DNA of 64,000 nucleotides from an uncultured Patescibacteria group bacterium (GCA_938030745.1 CALHIP010000007.1:13180-77179); one strand, 5' to 3'. Shown: positions 1-8,569, counted from the stretch's first letter. The notes: a model not told the origin generated them from the letters alone. Translations and numbers: made by a program.

Positions 1-34
1 CAATAAATTTCTCTTCCGTTGCTTTAACAGTCAT
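1..34 (-). CDS. 5' fragment of a gene running off the window, probably a KH-domain RNA-binding protein (KhpA-like)
   Basis: ATG at 34 opens MTVKATEEKFI...; it lies directly downstream of rpsP, the usual position of khpA. Only 11 codons are visible. Confidence 0.35.
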   Translation of the reverse strand, partial: MTVKATEEKFI

Positions 35-138
35 AATATTTTTTTATCCAACCAGTCTGTGACCTTTCTCAAATCCTTGCGGATTTCAAGATTTTTTCAG
101 ACCGGAATTTAAAATATTATTTAATAATTTAAATTTTG

Positions 139-456
139 TCAAGACTTATTTTCAGTTTGAGGAGTTTTTTCTTCAGTTGAATTTTCTTTTTTCTTTTTAA
201 TTTTTATTTTAATCTTTTTTCCAGTGATAATTTTTTCTTTAACTAATAAATTATAAACAGTTGGAGTAGTTTGAGCTCCTTTTTCTAACCAATATTTTAT
301 TCTTTCTGTTTTCAATCCAATTTCTTTAGTTCTTGGATTATAAAACCCAACATCTTCTTTAAAATCACCCCAAGGATCTTTTCTTTTATCAACAACAATT
401 AGACGATAACTTGGTTGTTTTTTCTTACCACGCCGAGTGAGCTTAATTGTCAGCAT
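139..456 (-). CDS. rpsP: 30S ribosomal protein S16
   Basis: MLTIKLTRRGKKKQPSYRLIVVDKRK...VGFYNP...YWLEKGAQ; start reassigned to ATG at 456. Confidence 0.97.
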   Translation of the reverse strand: MLTIKLTRRGKKKQPSYRLIVVDKRKDPWGDFKEDVGFYNPRTKEIGLKTERIKYWLEKGAQTTPTVYNLLVKEKIITGKKIKIKIKKKKENSTEEKTPQTENKS

Positions 457-493
457 AATTGATAAAATTAAAGGAAAATATACCATTTATTTT

Positions 494-1684
494 TTAAATG
501 TCAAGCTTGATAAATCTTCTTGGTCCGACTTTAACAATCATTCCTTTTTTTATTTTTATCTCTTTCCGCCAATTCTTTTCAACTTTTCCATCAATTTTTA
601 CTGCACCCTGCTTAATTAATCTTCTCGCTTCTGATTTAGATGGAGCTAAGTTTATTTTGACTAAAAGATCTACCAATTGATAATTAGTAATTGGCAATTT
701 AAATGTTGGAATTTTGCTTGGTAATTTTTTCTTTTGGAAAACTCTGTTGAATTCTTTTTCTGCTTCTTTGGCTTTTTCCTGACCATGATAAATTTTAACG
801 ATCTCAAAAGCTAGTTTTGCTTTAAAATCTCGCGGATTAGCACCCCTTTTCATTTCTTCTTCTATCTGATGAATTTCTGAAAGAGGAACATCAGTTGCTA
901 AGATAAAATATTTAATAATCAAATTATCAGGAAGAGACATTATTTTACCAAACATATCATTTGGTTCAAAATCAATGCCAATATAATTGTGATAACTTTT
1001 GCTCATTTTTCTTTTTCCATCTAGACCTTCGAGAAGAAACATTGTCATTATATCCTGTGGTTTCTGACCAAATTTTTCTTGTAATTCTCTTCCCATTAAC
1101 ATATTCAATAATTGATCTTGACCACCAATTTCAAGATCTGATTTTAAAACAACTGAGTCATATCCTTGAAGAAGAGGATAAAAAATTTCGCTTAATCTTA
1201 AAGGTAAATTTTTTTTAAAACGAGCTTTAAAATCTTCTCTTTCTAAAATCCGATTGACAGTGACCATTGAAAGAAGGGAAAAAAAATCAGCAGGTTTCAT
1301 CTTGTTATACCATTCTGAGTTATAACGAATTTCAATTTTATCTAAATCAAGAATTTTTGCTACTTGTTTTTTATAAGTGGCCATATTTTTTTTAATCTCC
1401 TCATTACTTAATTGACGACGAATAGAAATTGTTCCAGAAGGATCACCAATTCTTGCCGTAAAATCGCCAATTAAAAAAATAACCTGATGACCAAGATCTT
1501 GAAAATTTTTAAGTTTACGAAGAATTACCGCATTACCTAAATGGATTTCTGGTGCAGTTGGATCAATACCAAATTTAATTCTTAATTTTTTTCCTAACTC
1601 CAACTCTTTTTTTAAATGTTGATAATCAATAATTTCTTTTACTCCTCGAGTAAGTAAACTTTTTATTTTCTCTTTATCGATCAT
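494..1684 (-). CDS. tyrS: Tyrosine--tRNA ligase
   Basis: GIDPTAPEIHLGN (HIGH), KMSKS, GGQDQ, C-terminal S4 domain. Confidence 0.97.
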   Translation of the reverse strand: MIDKEKIKSLLTRGVKEIIDYQHLKKELELGKKLRIKFGIDPTAPEIHLGNAVILRKLKNFQDLGHQVIFLIGDFTARIGDPSGTISIRRQLSNEEIKKNMATYKKQVAKILDLDKIEIRYNSEWYNKMKPADFFSLLSMVTVNRILEREDFKARFKKNLPLRLSEIFYPLLQGYDSVVLKSDLEIGGQDQLLNMLMGRELQEKFGQKPQDIMTMFLLEGLDGKRKMSKSYHNYIGIDFEPNDMFGKIMSLPDNLIIKYFILATDVPLSEIHQIEEEMKRGANPRDFKAKLAFEIVKIYHGQEKAKEAEKEFNRVFQKKKLPSKIPTFKLPITNYQLVDLLVKINLAPSKSEARRLIKQGAVKIDGKVEKNWRKEIKIKKGMIVKVGPRRFIKLDI

Positions 1685-1763
1685 ATTTTAATTATACTAG
1701 AAAAGGAAGTTTTGACAAATTTTATTCTTGAAGAAAATATCAAATTAGGTAAAATAATAAATT

Positions 1764-1928
1764 ATGGTTAAAGTTAAATCATTTACTGGTTATAATGCTA
1801 ATGAATTAGAAAGAAAAATTAATAAATGGCTAGAAGAAAATAAAGAAATTGAGATTATTGAAGTTAGTCAAAGTCAGTCACCTGTTGAAAATGAAATTGT
1901 TATTTTTATCTTTTATAAAGAAAAGTAA
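1764..1928 (+). CDS. 54-aa small protein, Cse60/DUF2758-like (absent from ORF track)
   Basis: MVKVKSFTGYNANELERKINKWLEENKEIEIIEVSQSQSPVENEIVIFIFYKEK; TAAAAT 8 nt upstream; fills the gap before the ROK gene. Confidence 0.6.
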   Translation: MVKVKSFTGYNANELERKINKWLEENKEIEIIEVSQSQSPVENEIVIFIFYKEK

Positions 1929-1939
1929 TTCTAAAAAAT

Positions 1940-2827
1940 ATGATTTTATCATTTGATATCGGAGGAACAAAAATTGCAGTTGGATTAGTAAAGAAGAATC
2001 AGATTTTTAATTTTCAAAAATTAAACTGGCAAGGAAAAATTACCCAACAAAAGTTTCTAAATCAATTAATAGAGATTATTTTAAATTTTAAATCTTCAAT
2101 TTCGAATTTGAAAGCAATTACTATAGCTGTTGCTGGTCAAGTTAATAAAAAAGGTGAAGTTTTCCTAACTCGCAATTTAATCAGAAAAAAAACTAAAATT
2201 TCCCTTAAAAAAATTCTTCAACAAAAATTTCATTTACCAGTCTTTGTTGAAAACGATGCTAATTGTTTTACTTTAGGTGAAGCAGTTTTTGGTCAAGGGA
2301 AAAATAAAGATTTTCTTCTTGGTTTAACAATTGGCTCTGGAATTGGTGGTGGAATAGTGATTGATAAAAAAATCATTAAAGGAAAAGATGGTTTTGCTGG
2401 AGAATTTGGTCATTTGATTTTAGAAGTTGGAGGAAGAAAATGTTCTTGTGGAAAAAGGGGTTGTTTTGAGGCCTATGCTTCTGCTCGAGCTATGGAAGAA
2501 TTTTATTTTGAATTAACCGGTAGAAAAAAAACAACTTTCCAAATTAAAGAAGAATTTTTAAAGAAAAAATCAGATGCAATTTTGGCTGTTAATGAAACAG
2601 CTAGATGGTTAAGTATTGGAATAGCTAATTTAGTTAATATTTTTAATCCAGATCTAATTGTTTTAGGAGGTGGAATGATTAATTTCCCATCTTTTCTTAA
2701 AATTGCTATTAAAAATTTTAAATCTTGGCTTTTGGTTAAAGAGGCAAAAACAAAAATTTTAGTTTCTAATTTAAATGAAAAAGCTACTCTTTTAGGTGCA
2801 AGTCTTTTAACTTATGAAAAAAGATAA
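1940..2827 (+). CDS. ROK family sugar kinase
   Basis: DIGGTK, ENDAN, GSGIGGG, AGEFGH, CSCGKRGCFE. Confidence 0.93.
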   Translation: MILSFDIGGTKIAVGLVKKNQIFNFQKLNWQGKITQQKFLNQLIEIILNFKSSISNLKAITIAVAGQVNKKGEVFLTRNLIRKKTKISLKKILQQKFHLPVFVENDANCFTLGEAVFGQGKNKDFLLGLTIGSGIGGGIVIDKKIIKGKDGFAGEFGHLILEVGGRKCSCGKRGCFEAYASARAMEEFYFELTGRKKTTFQIKEEFLKKKSDAILAVNETARWLSIGIANLVNIFNPDLIVLGGGMINFPSFLKIAIKNFKSWLLVKEAKTKILVSNLNEKATLLGASLLTYEKR

Positions 2828-5633
2828 AACAAAATGGTTAAGAAGAGAAATTTATCGATATCCTAAAAGAAGAAAATTTAAATTTTTAAAGATTCTTTTT
2901 CTTTTGCTTTTTTTTCTTTTTTCATTAAGTATTTCTGCATTTGGAATTATCTATTTCTGGGTAGCTAAAGATTTACCCGATCCAAATAAACTTCTTGAAA
3001 GGGAGGTTAGTCAGTCAACAAAGATTTATGATAGAGAAGGTAAAACAGTTCTTTATGAGATTTTTACCAAAGAAAGAAGAACTTTAGTTGAACTTTCTGA
3101 CATTCCTCAAAATATGATTAGAGCAACAATTGCTGCTGAAGATCGTCATTTTTTTGAACATAAAGGATTTAATTTAAAAAGTATGGCCCGAGCGATGCTG
3201 ATTAATTTTTTAAAAGGAGGCAAAATTCAAGGCGGTTCAACTATTACCCAGCAACTAATTAAAAATGCAATTTTGAAACCAGAAAAAACTTATCTAAGAA
3301 AGATCCGCGAACTCATTCTTGCTTATCAGATTGAGAAAAAATTTTCAAAAGAAGAAATTTTAAAAATGTATTTTAACGAAATTCCTTATGGTTCAAATGC
3401 TTACGGTGTTGAGGCAGCTAGTCAAATTTATTTTGGTAAAAATGTTTCTCAACTTACTTTAGATGAAGCAGCAACTTTAGCAGCCCTACCAAAAGCACCA
3501 ACTTATTATTCTCCATATGGACAAAATAAGGAAAAATTAATCGCTCGGAGAGATTATATTCTCGATCAGATGCTTGAATTAGAATTTATTTCAGAAGAAG
3601 AGTATAAAGAGGCAAAAGATACTGATACTTTAGCTAAAATTAAACCAAAAAAAGAAAGAATGATTGCTCCTCATTTTGTTGAATTTGTTAAATCGCAACT
3701 AATTGAAAAATATGGCCATCGAATGGTTGAACAAGGAGGCCTAAAAGTCATTACTACTTTAGATTTAAAAAAACAAAAAATTGCTGAAGAAGTAATTAAG
3801 AAAAATGAAGAAAATTTAAAAAAATTTAAAGCAAATAATGCAGCCTTAGTTGCTTTAGATGTCAAGACTGGTGAAATCTTGGCAATGGTTGGTTCAAAAG
3901 ATTACTTTGATGAGTCAATTGATGGTCAAGTCAATGTGACTTTATCAGAGCGTCAACCAGGTTCTTCTTTTAAACCGATCGTTTATGCTAAGCTTTTTGA
4001 AAAAGGTTATACTCCAGAGACAATTTTATTTGATGTAATAACTAATTTTGGTCCTGATGGAAGTGGAAAAGATTATATTCCTAAAGATTATGATGAAAAA
4101 GAAAGGGGACCAATTACTATAAGAAAAGCTCTGGCTGGTTCTTTAAATATTCCTGCTGTTAAAGCTCTTTATTTAGCTGGTATTGATCAAGTTTTAGATC
4201 TAGCTGAAAAAATGGGTTATACAACTTTTAAAGATCGATCTCGTTTCGGTTTAGCTATCGTTCTAGGCGGAGCGGAAGTAAAACTTTTAGAACATGTTGC
4301 TGCTTTTTCTATTTTTGCTCGCGAGGGAATAAAAATTCCGATTATTTCTATTTTAAAAGTTGAAGACCCTTCAGGTAAAATCCTAGAAGAAAAACAAGAG
4401 CCAATCCCAGAAAAAGTTTTGGAACCACAAATAGCTAGACAGATTAATGATATTTTATCTGATAATTCAGCTCGAAGTTTTATCTTTGGTGAAAAAAATT
4501 ATTTAACCTTACCAGACAGACCAGTTGCAGCAAAAACTGGAACAACTCAAAATTGGCGAGATGCTTGGACAATTGGTTATACACCTTCTTTAGTAGCTGG
4601 GGTTTGGGTTGGCAATACAAGAGGTGAAGAAATGAAAAAAGGAGCTGATGGTTCAAAAATAGCTGCACCAATTTGGCAAGCTTTCATGAAAGAAGCAACA
4701 AAAAATACGCCAGTTGAAAATTTTACTCCGCCAGAACCAGAAAATGTTGAAAAGCCAATTTTAAGAGGTGAAATTCCTGGTGAAATTACCCTCAAAATTG
4801 ACCGAGCTTCAGGTAAATTAGCTACCAATTTAACACCACCAAGTTATATTATTGAAAAGAAATATAGGACTCGTTATTATACTATTCTTCATTTTGTTGA
4901 TAAAGATAATCCAAGAGGTCCAGCTCCAGAAAAACCTGAAAATGATCCGATGTATTTTCGTTGGCAAAAAGCAATTGAAGATTGGGCAAAAAGACAGGGT
5001 ATTGTTTTTGAACCTATTCCAACTGAATATGATGATTTACACACTTTAGAAAATAGACCAAAAATAAAAATCAATTGGCCAATTGAAGGAATGAGTTTTA
5101 TTCCTGGACAAATTTTAGTTGATGTTTCAGCTGAAGCGCCAAGAGGAATTAGAAAAGTTGAAGGTTTAATCAATGGAATTTCTTTTGATAAAGTTTATAA
5201 TCCACCTTATCAACTTTCTTTAAATACTTCAGGTCTTTTACCAGGAAGTCAGAAAATTATTGTTTCTGCTTGTGATGATATTGATAATTGTCAAACCTCT
5301 TCGGTAAATATTAATTTAATTCAAAGCTCAAATCCAACAATTTTCTGGCTCTCTCCAAAAAACAATGAGAATATTTATCCTGAAAATTTTCCTTATGTTA
5401 TTTCTCTTTCTTTACCTCTTGTTAGGATCAAGGAAATAAAAGTTTATACTCAAAGAATTGGCTATTTAGAAAAACAATTACTTGCTCAGATTAATTTTCC
5501 AACTACTGCTCGAATTAATATTACTTGGCTTGATATTCCTTCAGCTGGTCAATATGAACTTTCATTAGAAGCAATAAGTGAGAATAATCAACCAATTTCT
5601 GCTGAAAAAATAATTGTTAATTTCTATGATTAA
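2814..5633 (+). CDS. Class A penicillin-binding protein (PBP1A family) with C-terminal Ig-like extension
   Basis: N-terminal TM; EDRHFFEH and GGSTITQQLIKN (transglycosylase); SSFK, SLN and KTGT (transpeptidase). Confidence 0.95.
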   Translation: MKKDKTKWLRREIYRYPKRRKFKFLKILFLLLFFLFSLSISAFGIIYFWVAKDLPDPNKLLEREVSQSTKIYDREGKTVLYEIFTKERRTLVELSDIPQNMIRATIAAEDRHFFEHKGFNLKSMARAMLINFLKGGKIQGGSTITQQLIKNAILKPEKTYLRKIRELILAYQIEKKFSKEEILKMYFNEIPYGSNAYGVEAASQIYFGKNVSQLTLDEAATLAALPKAPTYYSPYGQNKEKLIARRDYILDQMLELEFISEEEYKEAKDTDTLAKIKPKKERMIAPHFVEFVKSQLIEKYGHRMVEQGGLKVITTLDLKKQKIAEEVIKKNEENLKKFKANNAALVALDVKTGEILAMVGSKDYFDESIDGQVNVTLSERQPGSSFKPIVYAKLFEKGYTPETILFDVITNFGPDGSGKDYIPKDYDEKERGPITIRKALAGSLNIPAVKALYLAGIDQVLDLAEKMGYTTFKDRSRFGLAIVLGGAEVKLLEHVAAFSIFAREGIKIPIISILKVEDPSGKILEEKQEPIPEKVLEPQIARQINDILSDNSARSFIFGEKNYLTLPDRPVAAKTGTTQNWRDAWTIGYTPSLVAGVWVGNTRGEEMKKGADGSKIAAPIWQAFMKEATKNTPVENFTPPEPENVEKPILRGEIPGEITLKIDRASGKLATNLTPPSYIIEKKYRTRYYTILHFVDKDNPRGPAPEKPENDPMYFRWQKAIEDWAKRQGIVFEPIPTEYDDLHTLENRPKIKINWPIEGMSFIPGQILVDVSAEAPRGIRKVEGLINGISFDKVYNPPYQLSLNTSGLLPGSQKIIVSACDDIDNCQTSSVNINLIQSSNPTIFWLSPKNNENIYPENFPYVISLSLPLVRIKEIKVYTQRIGYLEKQLLAQINFPTTARINITWLDIPSAGQYELSLEAISENNQPISAEKIIVNFYD

Positions 5634-5922
5634 AAAAATTGATTCTTTTTTATGGCAATCAATCGCAAAAGCTGGCCTTGAAAAAGAAATGATTGCTGCT
5701 TTAGTTATTGAAGAATTTAAAAAAATTCTAGTTAAAAAATTTGGCCAAAAAATTTTAAACAAAGTCAAAATTTTATCTTTCAAAAATCAAATTTTAACTA
5801 TTTCAGTTTTAAGTTCAGTTATTGCTCAAGAAATAAAATTGAATCAAGAAAATTTTCTTAAAAAGATTAATAAAAAATTTAATAAAAAATTAGTTGAAAG
5901 GATCCGTTTTTTAGCTAAATAA
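5626..5922 (+). CDS. DciA/DUF721 family protein
   Basis: About 98 aa with LTISVLSSVIAQEIKLN...KKIN...IRF pattern; ATG at 5626 overlaps the PBP 3' end. Confidence 0.7.
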   Translation: MIKKIDSFLWQSIAKAGLEKEMIAALVIEEFKKILVKKFGQKILNKVKILSFKNQILTISVLSSVIAQEIKLNQENFLKKINKKFNKKLVERIRFLAK

Positions 5923-5925
5923 ATC

Positions 5926-5958
5926 TGTGGATAACTTTTTTGATTTATTTGGTATAAT
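5926..5958 (+). promoter_or_regulatory. Promoter with extended -10 and a DnaA box over the -35 region
   Basis: TGTGGATAA 5926-5934 (reverse complement of TTATCCACA); TGgTATAAT ending at 5958. Confidence 0.7.
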
Positions 5959-5965
5959 AAAAACG

Positions 5966-6028
5966 ATGAAAAATTATTCCCAAAAATTTAATTTCAGCCC
6001 CTTTTTCGCTAAGGGCCGGTCCGCCTGA
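5966..6028 (+). CDS. Putative leader peptide MKNYSQKFNFSPFFAKGRSA
   Basis: ATG 7 nt after TATAAT (leaderless); its last codons are complementary to the 5' arm of the downstream terminator. Confidence 0.6.
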   Translation: MKNYSQKFNFSPFFAKGRSA

Positions 6029-6052
6029 TGATTTTTAATTTGACTAAGGCGG

Positions 6053-6087
6053 AATCGGCTTCTAAAAAGAAGCCGATTTTTATTTTT
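6053..6087 (+). terminator. Attenuator terminator
   Basis: AATCGGCTTCT-AAAA-AGAAGCCGATT 11-bp stem followed by TTTATTTTT. Confidence 0.8.
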
Positions 6088-6123
6088 AGGTAAAAAAAAT
6101 AATTAATGAAAAGGAGGAAGAAA

Positions 6124-6294
6124 ATGAAAAAGAAGAAAACAAAACAAGATCCATGGTTTGAGCCATGGGAATCAAAAAAACAAAAAGAAAAAAAACACAA
6201 AAAAGGAGGAAAAAAAGGAAACCAAACAACCAAGAAAAATCAAACTTCACTGAATTTTCAGGAGTTATTCGGATCATTCGGTTTAGGCTGTTAA
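6124..6294 (+). CDS. 56-aa Lys-rich hypothetical protein
   Basis: AAGGAGG at 6111-6117, 6 nt before ATG; followed immediately by a strong terminator. Confidence 0.65.
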   Translation: MKKKKTKQDPWFEPWESKKQKEKKHKKGGKKGNQTTKKNQTSLNFQELFGSFGLGC

Positions 6295-6303
6295 CTTAAA
6301 ACC

Positions 6304-6338
6304 AGACGGGAGTAAAATTTACTCCCGTCTTTTTCTTT
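6304..6338 (+). terminator. Intrinsic terminator
   Basis: AGACGGGAGTA-AAATT-TACTCCCGTCT followed by TTTTCTTT. Confidence 0.9.
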
Positions 6339-6342
6339 CATC

Positions 6343-6374
6343 ATTGTGTTAACACGTTAATCTGTTAATACATT
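6343..6374. repeat. 12-8-12 imperfect palindrome, copy 1
   Basis: ATTGTGTTAACA-CGTTAATC-TGTTAATACATT; 26/32 identical to 7272-7303. Confidence 0.75.
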
Positions 6375-6380
6375 ACAAAA

Positions 6381-6396
6381 TGTTCCACGTGGAACA
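6381..6396. promoter_or_regulatory. parS: parS centromere site
   Basis: Perfect palindrome TGTTCCACGTGGAACA matching the Spo0J/ParB consensus; about 8.5 kb from dnaA. Confidence 0.92.
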
Positions 6397-6431
6397 TTTT
6401 AAAAATTTCGTTTATTTAAGCCAAAATTTGG

Positions 6432-7229
6432 CTAAAAAGTAATTTTAACCGGTATTTTGAAATATTTACCTAAAAATTCAATTTCTTCTTTTAATTGGTT
6501 TTCATACTTTCTTCTATTTTCAAAAAAGATTTTCTTATATTCAGATAAAATTTTTGGAAAATGTAATTTTAAAGCTTTTTCTAAACCTTGCCAATTTTCT
6601 TTTTTTGTATTTAGAGTATCAAACCAAATTCTATCTACTTTATTTTTTAAAATTCCAAAAATTTGCTTTAAATTAGTAAAATAAGGCAAAATAGGTCCAA
6701 TAAAGGCATAAGTTGAAAGACCAGCTTTTTTTAATTTCTTTAAAGCCTCAATTCTTTTTTCAATTGAACTTGCTCCTGGTTCTAAAATCATTTGGCTTCT
6801 TTTATTTAAAGTAGTAATGGTAAAACCAATTTTAATGAAAGAATAAAATTTTTTAAAAATATCTAAATCTTTTAAAACTAAATCAGATTTAGTTAAAATT
6901 GAAACAGGCCATTGATATTTTGCCAAAATTTTTAAACATTCTCGAGTAATCTGATATTGCTTTTCTAAAGGATTATAAGGATCAGTAATAGTGGAAAAGA
7001 AAACCTCTTCTTTTTCCTTTTCTGTAATTTCTTTTTCTAAAACTTCTGGCGCATTTAATTTAATTTCCAAAAAATTGCCCCATTTTTCTTCCCTTCCAAT
7101 TTTTTTAATAAAGTGTTGGTTATAACAATAAACACAACCATGAAGACAACCAATATAAGGATTTAAAGTATAGCCACCAAATTTGGAGCGAGTCAATATC
7201 GATTTTGCTTTAATAAAACGAATTTTCAT
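6432..7229 (-). CDS. Radical SAM protein, spore-photoproduct-lyase-like family
   Basis: NPYIGCLHGCVYCY, STITDPY, ILTKS. Confidence 0.88.
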   Translation of the reverse strand: MKIRFIKAKSILTRSKFGGYTLNPYIGCLHGCVYCYNQHFIKKIGREEKWGNFLEIKLNAPEVLEKEITEKEKEEVFFSTITDPYNPLEKQYQITRECLKILAKYQWPVSILTKSDLVLKDLDIFKKFYSFIKIGFTITTLNKRSQMILEPGASSIEKRIEALKKLKKAGLSTYAFIGPILPYFTNLKQIFGILKNKVDRIWFDTLNTKKENWQGLEKALKLHFPKILSEYKKIFFENRRKYENQLKEEIEFLGKYFKIPVKITF

Positions 7230-7271
7230 ATAAATTATTCAATCTTCTATTTATTTTACCAAATTCATTAT

Positions 7272-7303
7272 ATTGTATTAACACATTAACATGTTAATAC
7301 GAT
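7272..7303. repeat. 12-8-12 imperfect palindrome, copy 2
   Basis: ATTGTATTAACA-CATTAACA-TGTTAATACGAT. Confidence 0.75.
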
Positions 7304-7324
7304 AAAAGAAAGAATTTTTATTAA

Positions 7325-7397
7325 CAGCCCCACCGGGATTCGAACCCGGGTTACCACATTGAAAGCGTGGAGTCCTAGACCACTAGACGATGGGGCC
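7325..7397 (-). tRNA. tRNA-Glu(TTC)
   Basis: Cloverleaf GGCCCCA...CCACG-CTTTCAA-TGTGG...GGTTCGAATCC; CCA not encoded; TTGACA-16-TAAAAT promoter upstream. Confidence 0.96.
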
Positions 7398-7483
7398 GTT
7401 TAAAAATAATTTTAACTATTTTTTTTCCTTTGTCAAATAAAAATTTTTAAAAAATAGAAATTTTTGATAAAATTGAATCTGAT

Positions 7484-8569
7484 ATGATTATTTTAGGCAT
7501 TGAGACAAGTTGTGACGAAACCGCAGTTGCGATTTTAGAAATTCAAAATTCGAATTTTAAAATTCGAAAGAATGTAGTTTCATCTCAAGTGAAAATCCAC
7601 GCAAAATATGGTGGAATTGTTCCTGAATTAGCTGCCAGAAAACACGCAGAAAATATCATTGGGATTTTAGAAACAGCTTTATCATTTAAACCAGAAATTA
7701 GAGATTGGAAATCAAAAATTGAAAATTATGTAGATGCTATTGCGGTAACAAATGGACCAGGATTAATTACCTCTTTATTAGTTGGAGTTGAAGCAGCTAA
7801 AACATTAGCTTTTTTAGCGAAAAAACCATTGATTCCTGTTAACCATTTAGCTGGACACATTTATGCTAATTTTATTGACCAGTCTCAAATCTTTCAAAAT
7901 TTATTTCCAGCTATTTGTTTAGTTGTTTCTGGCGGACACACAGAACTAATTTTAATGAAAGACTTTGAAAATTTTAAAAAAATTGGCCAGACTTTAGATG
8001 ATGCAGCTGGTGAATGTTTTGATAAAGTAGCAAAAATTTTAGGATTGGGATATCCTGGCGGACCAGCAATTGCTAAGTGCGCTCAACAAAGCAAATTTAA
8101 AAAATTCCAAACAAATTCAAAATTTTCAATTAAATTACCTAGGCCAATGATAGATAGCGGTGATTTTAATTTTAGTTTTTCTGGCTTAAAAACCGCTGTT
8201 TTATATAAAATTCGTGAACTTGGCAATATTAAAACTCAAAAATTTATTTCGGAAATTTGTGCTGAGACCCAGCAGGCAATTATTGATGTTTTAATTGCTA
8301 AAACTATTCATGCTTCACAAAAATTTAATGCAAAATCAATTATTTTAGGTGGCGGAGTTGTAGCTAATGAAGAATTGCGAAAACAGATAAAATTAAAAAT
8401 TAAAAATTTAAAAATTAAACTTTTGATTCCGCCAAAAATTTTATGTACTGATAATGCAGCAATGATTGCTGCTGGTGGATATTTTAAATTAAAAAAAATA
8501 CCAAGATCAAAATGGTTAATCAAATTCGATTGGCAAAAAATAAAGGTTGATCCAAATTTAGAAATTTAA
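7484..8569 (+). CDS. tsaD: tRNA threonylcarbamoyladenosine transferase TsaD
   Basis: GIETSCDET, GPGL, NHLAGH, SGGHT, DDAAGE, TDNAAMI. Confidence 0.97.
   Translation: MIILGIETSCDETAVAILEIQNSNFKIRKNVVSSQVKIHAKYGGIVPELAARKHAENIIGILETALSFKPEIRDWKSKIENYVDAIAVTNGPGLITSLLVGVEAAKTLAFLAKKPLIPVNHLAGHIYANFIDQSQIFQNLFPAICLVVSGGHTELILMKDFENFKKIGQTLDDAAGECFDKVAKILGLGYPGGPAIAKCAQQSKFKKFQTNSKFSIKLPRPMIDSGDFNFSFSGLKTAVLYKIRELGNIKTQKFISEICAETQQAIIDVLIAKTIHASQKFNAKSIILGGGVVANEELRKQIKLKIKNLKIKLLIPPKILCTDNAAMIAAGGYFKLKKIPRSKWLIKFDWQKIKVDPNLEI

Noticed and set aside
6009-6277. Phe-rich minus-strand ORFs as type I toxin candidates
   Set aside because: They mirror the Lys-rich plus ORF; promoter, SD and terminators all favour the plus strand.
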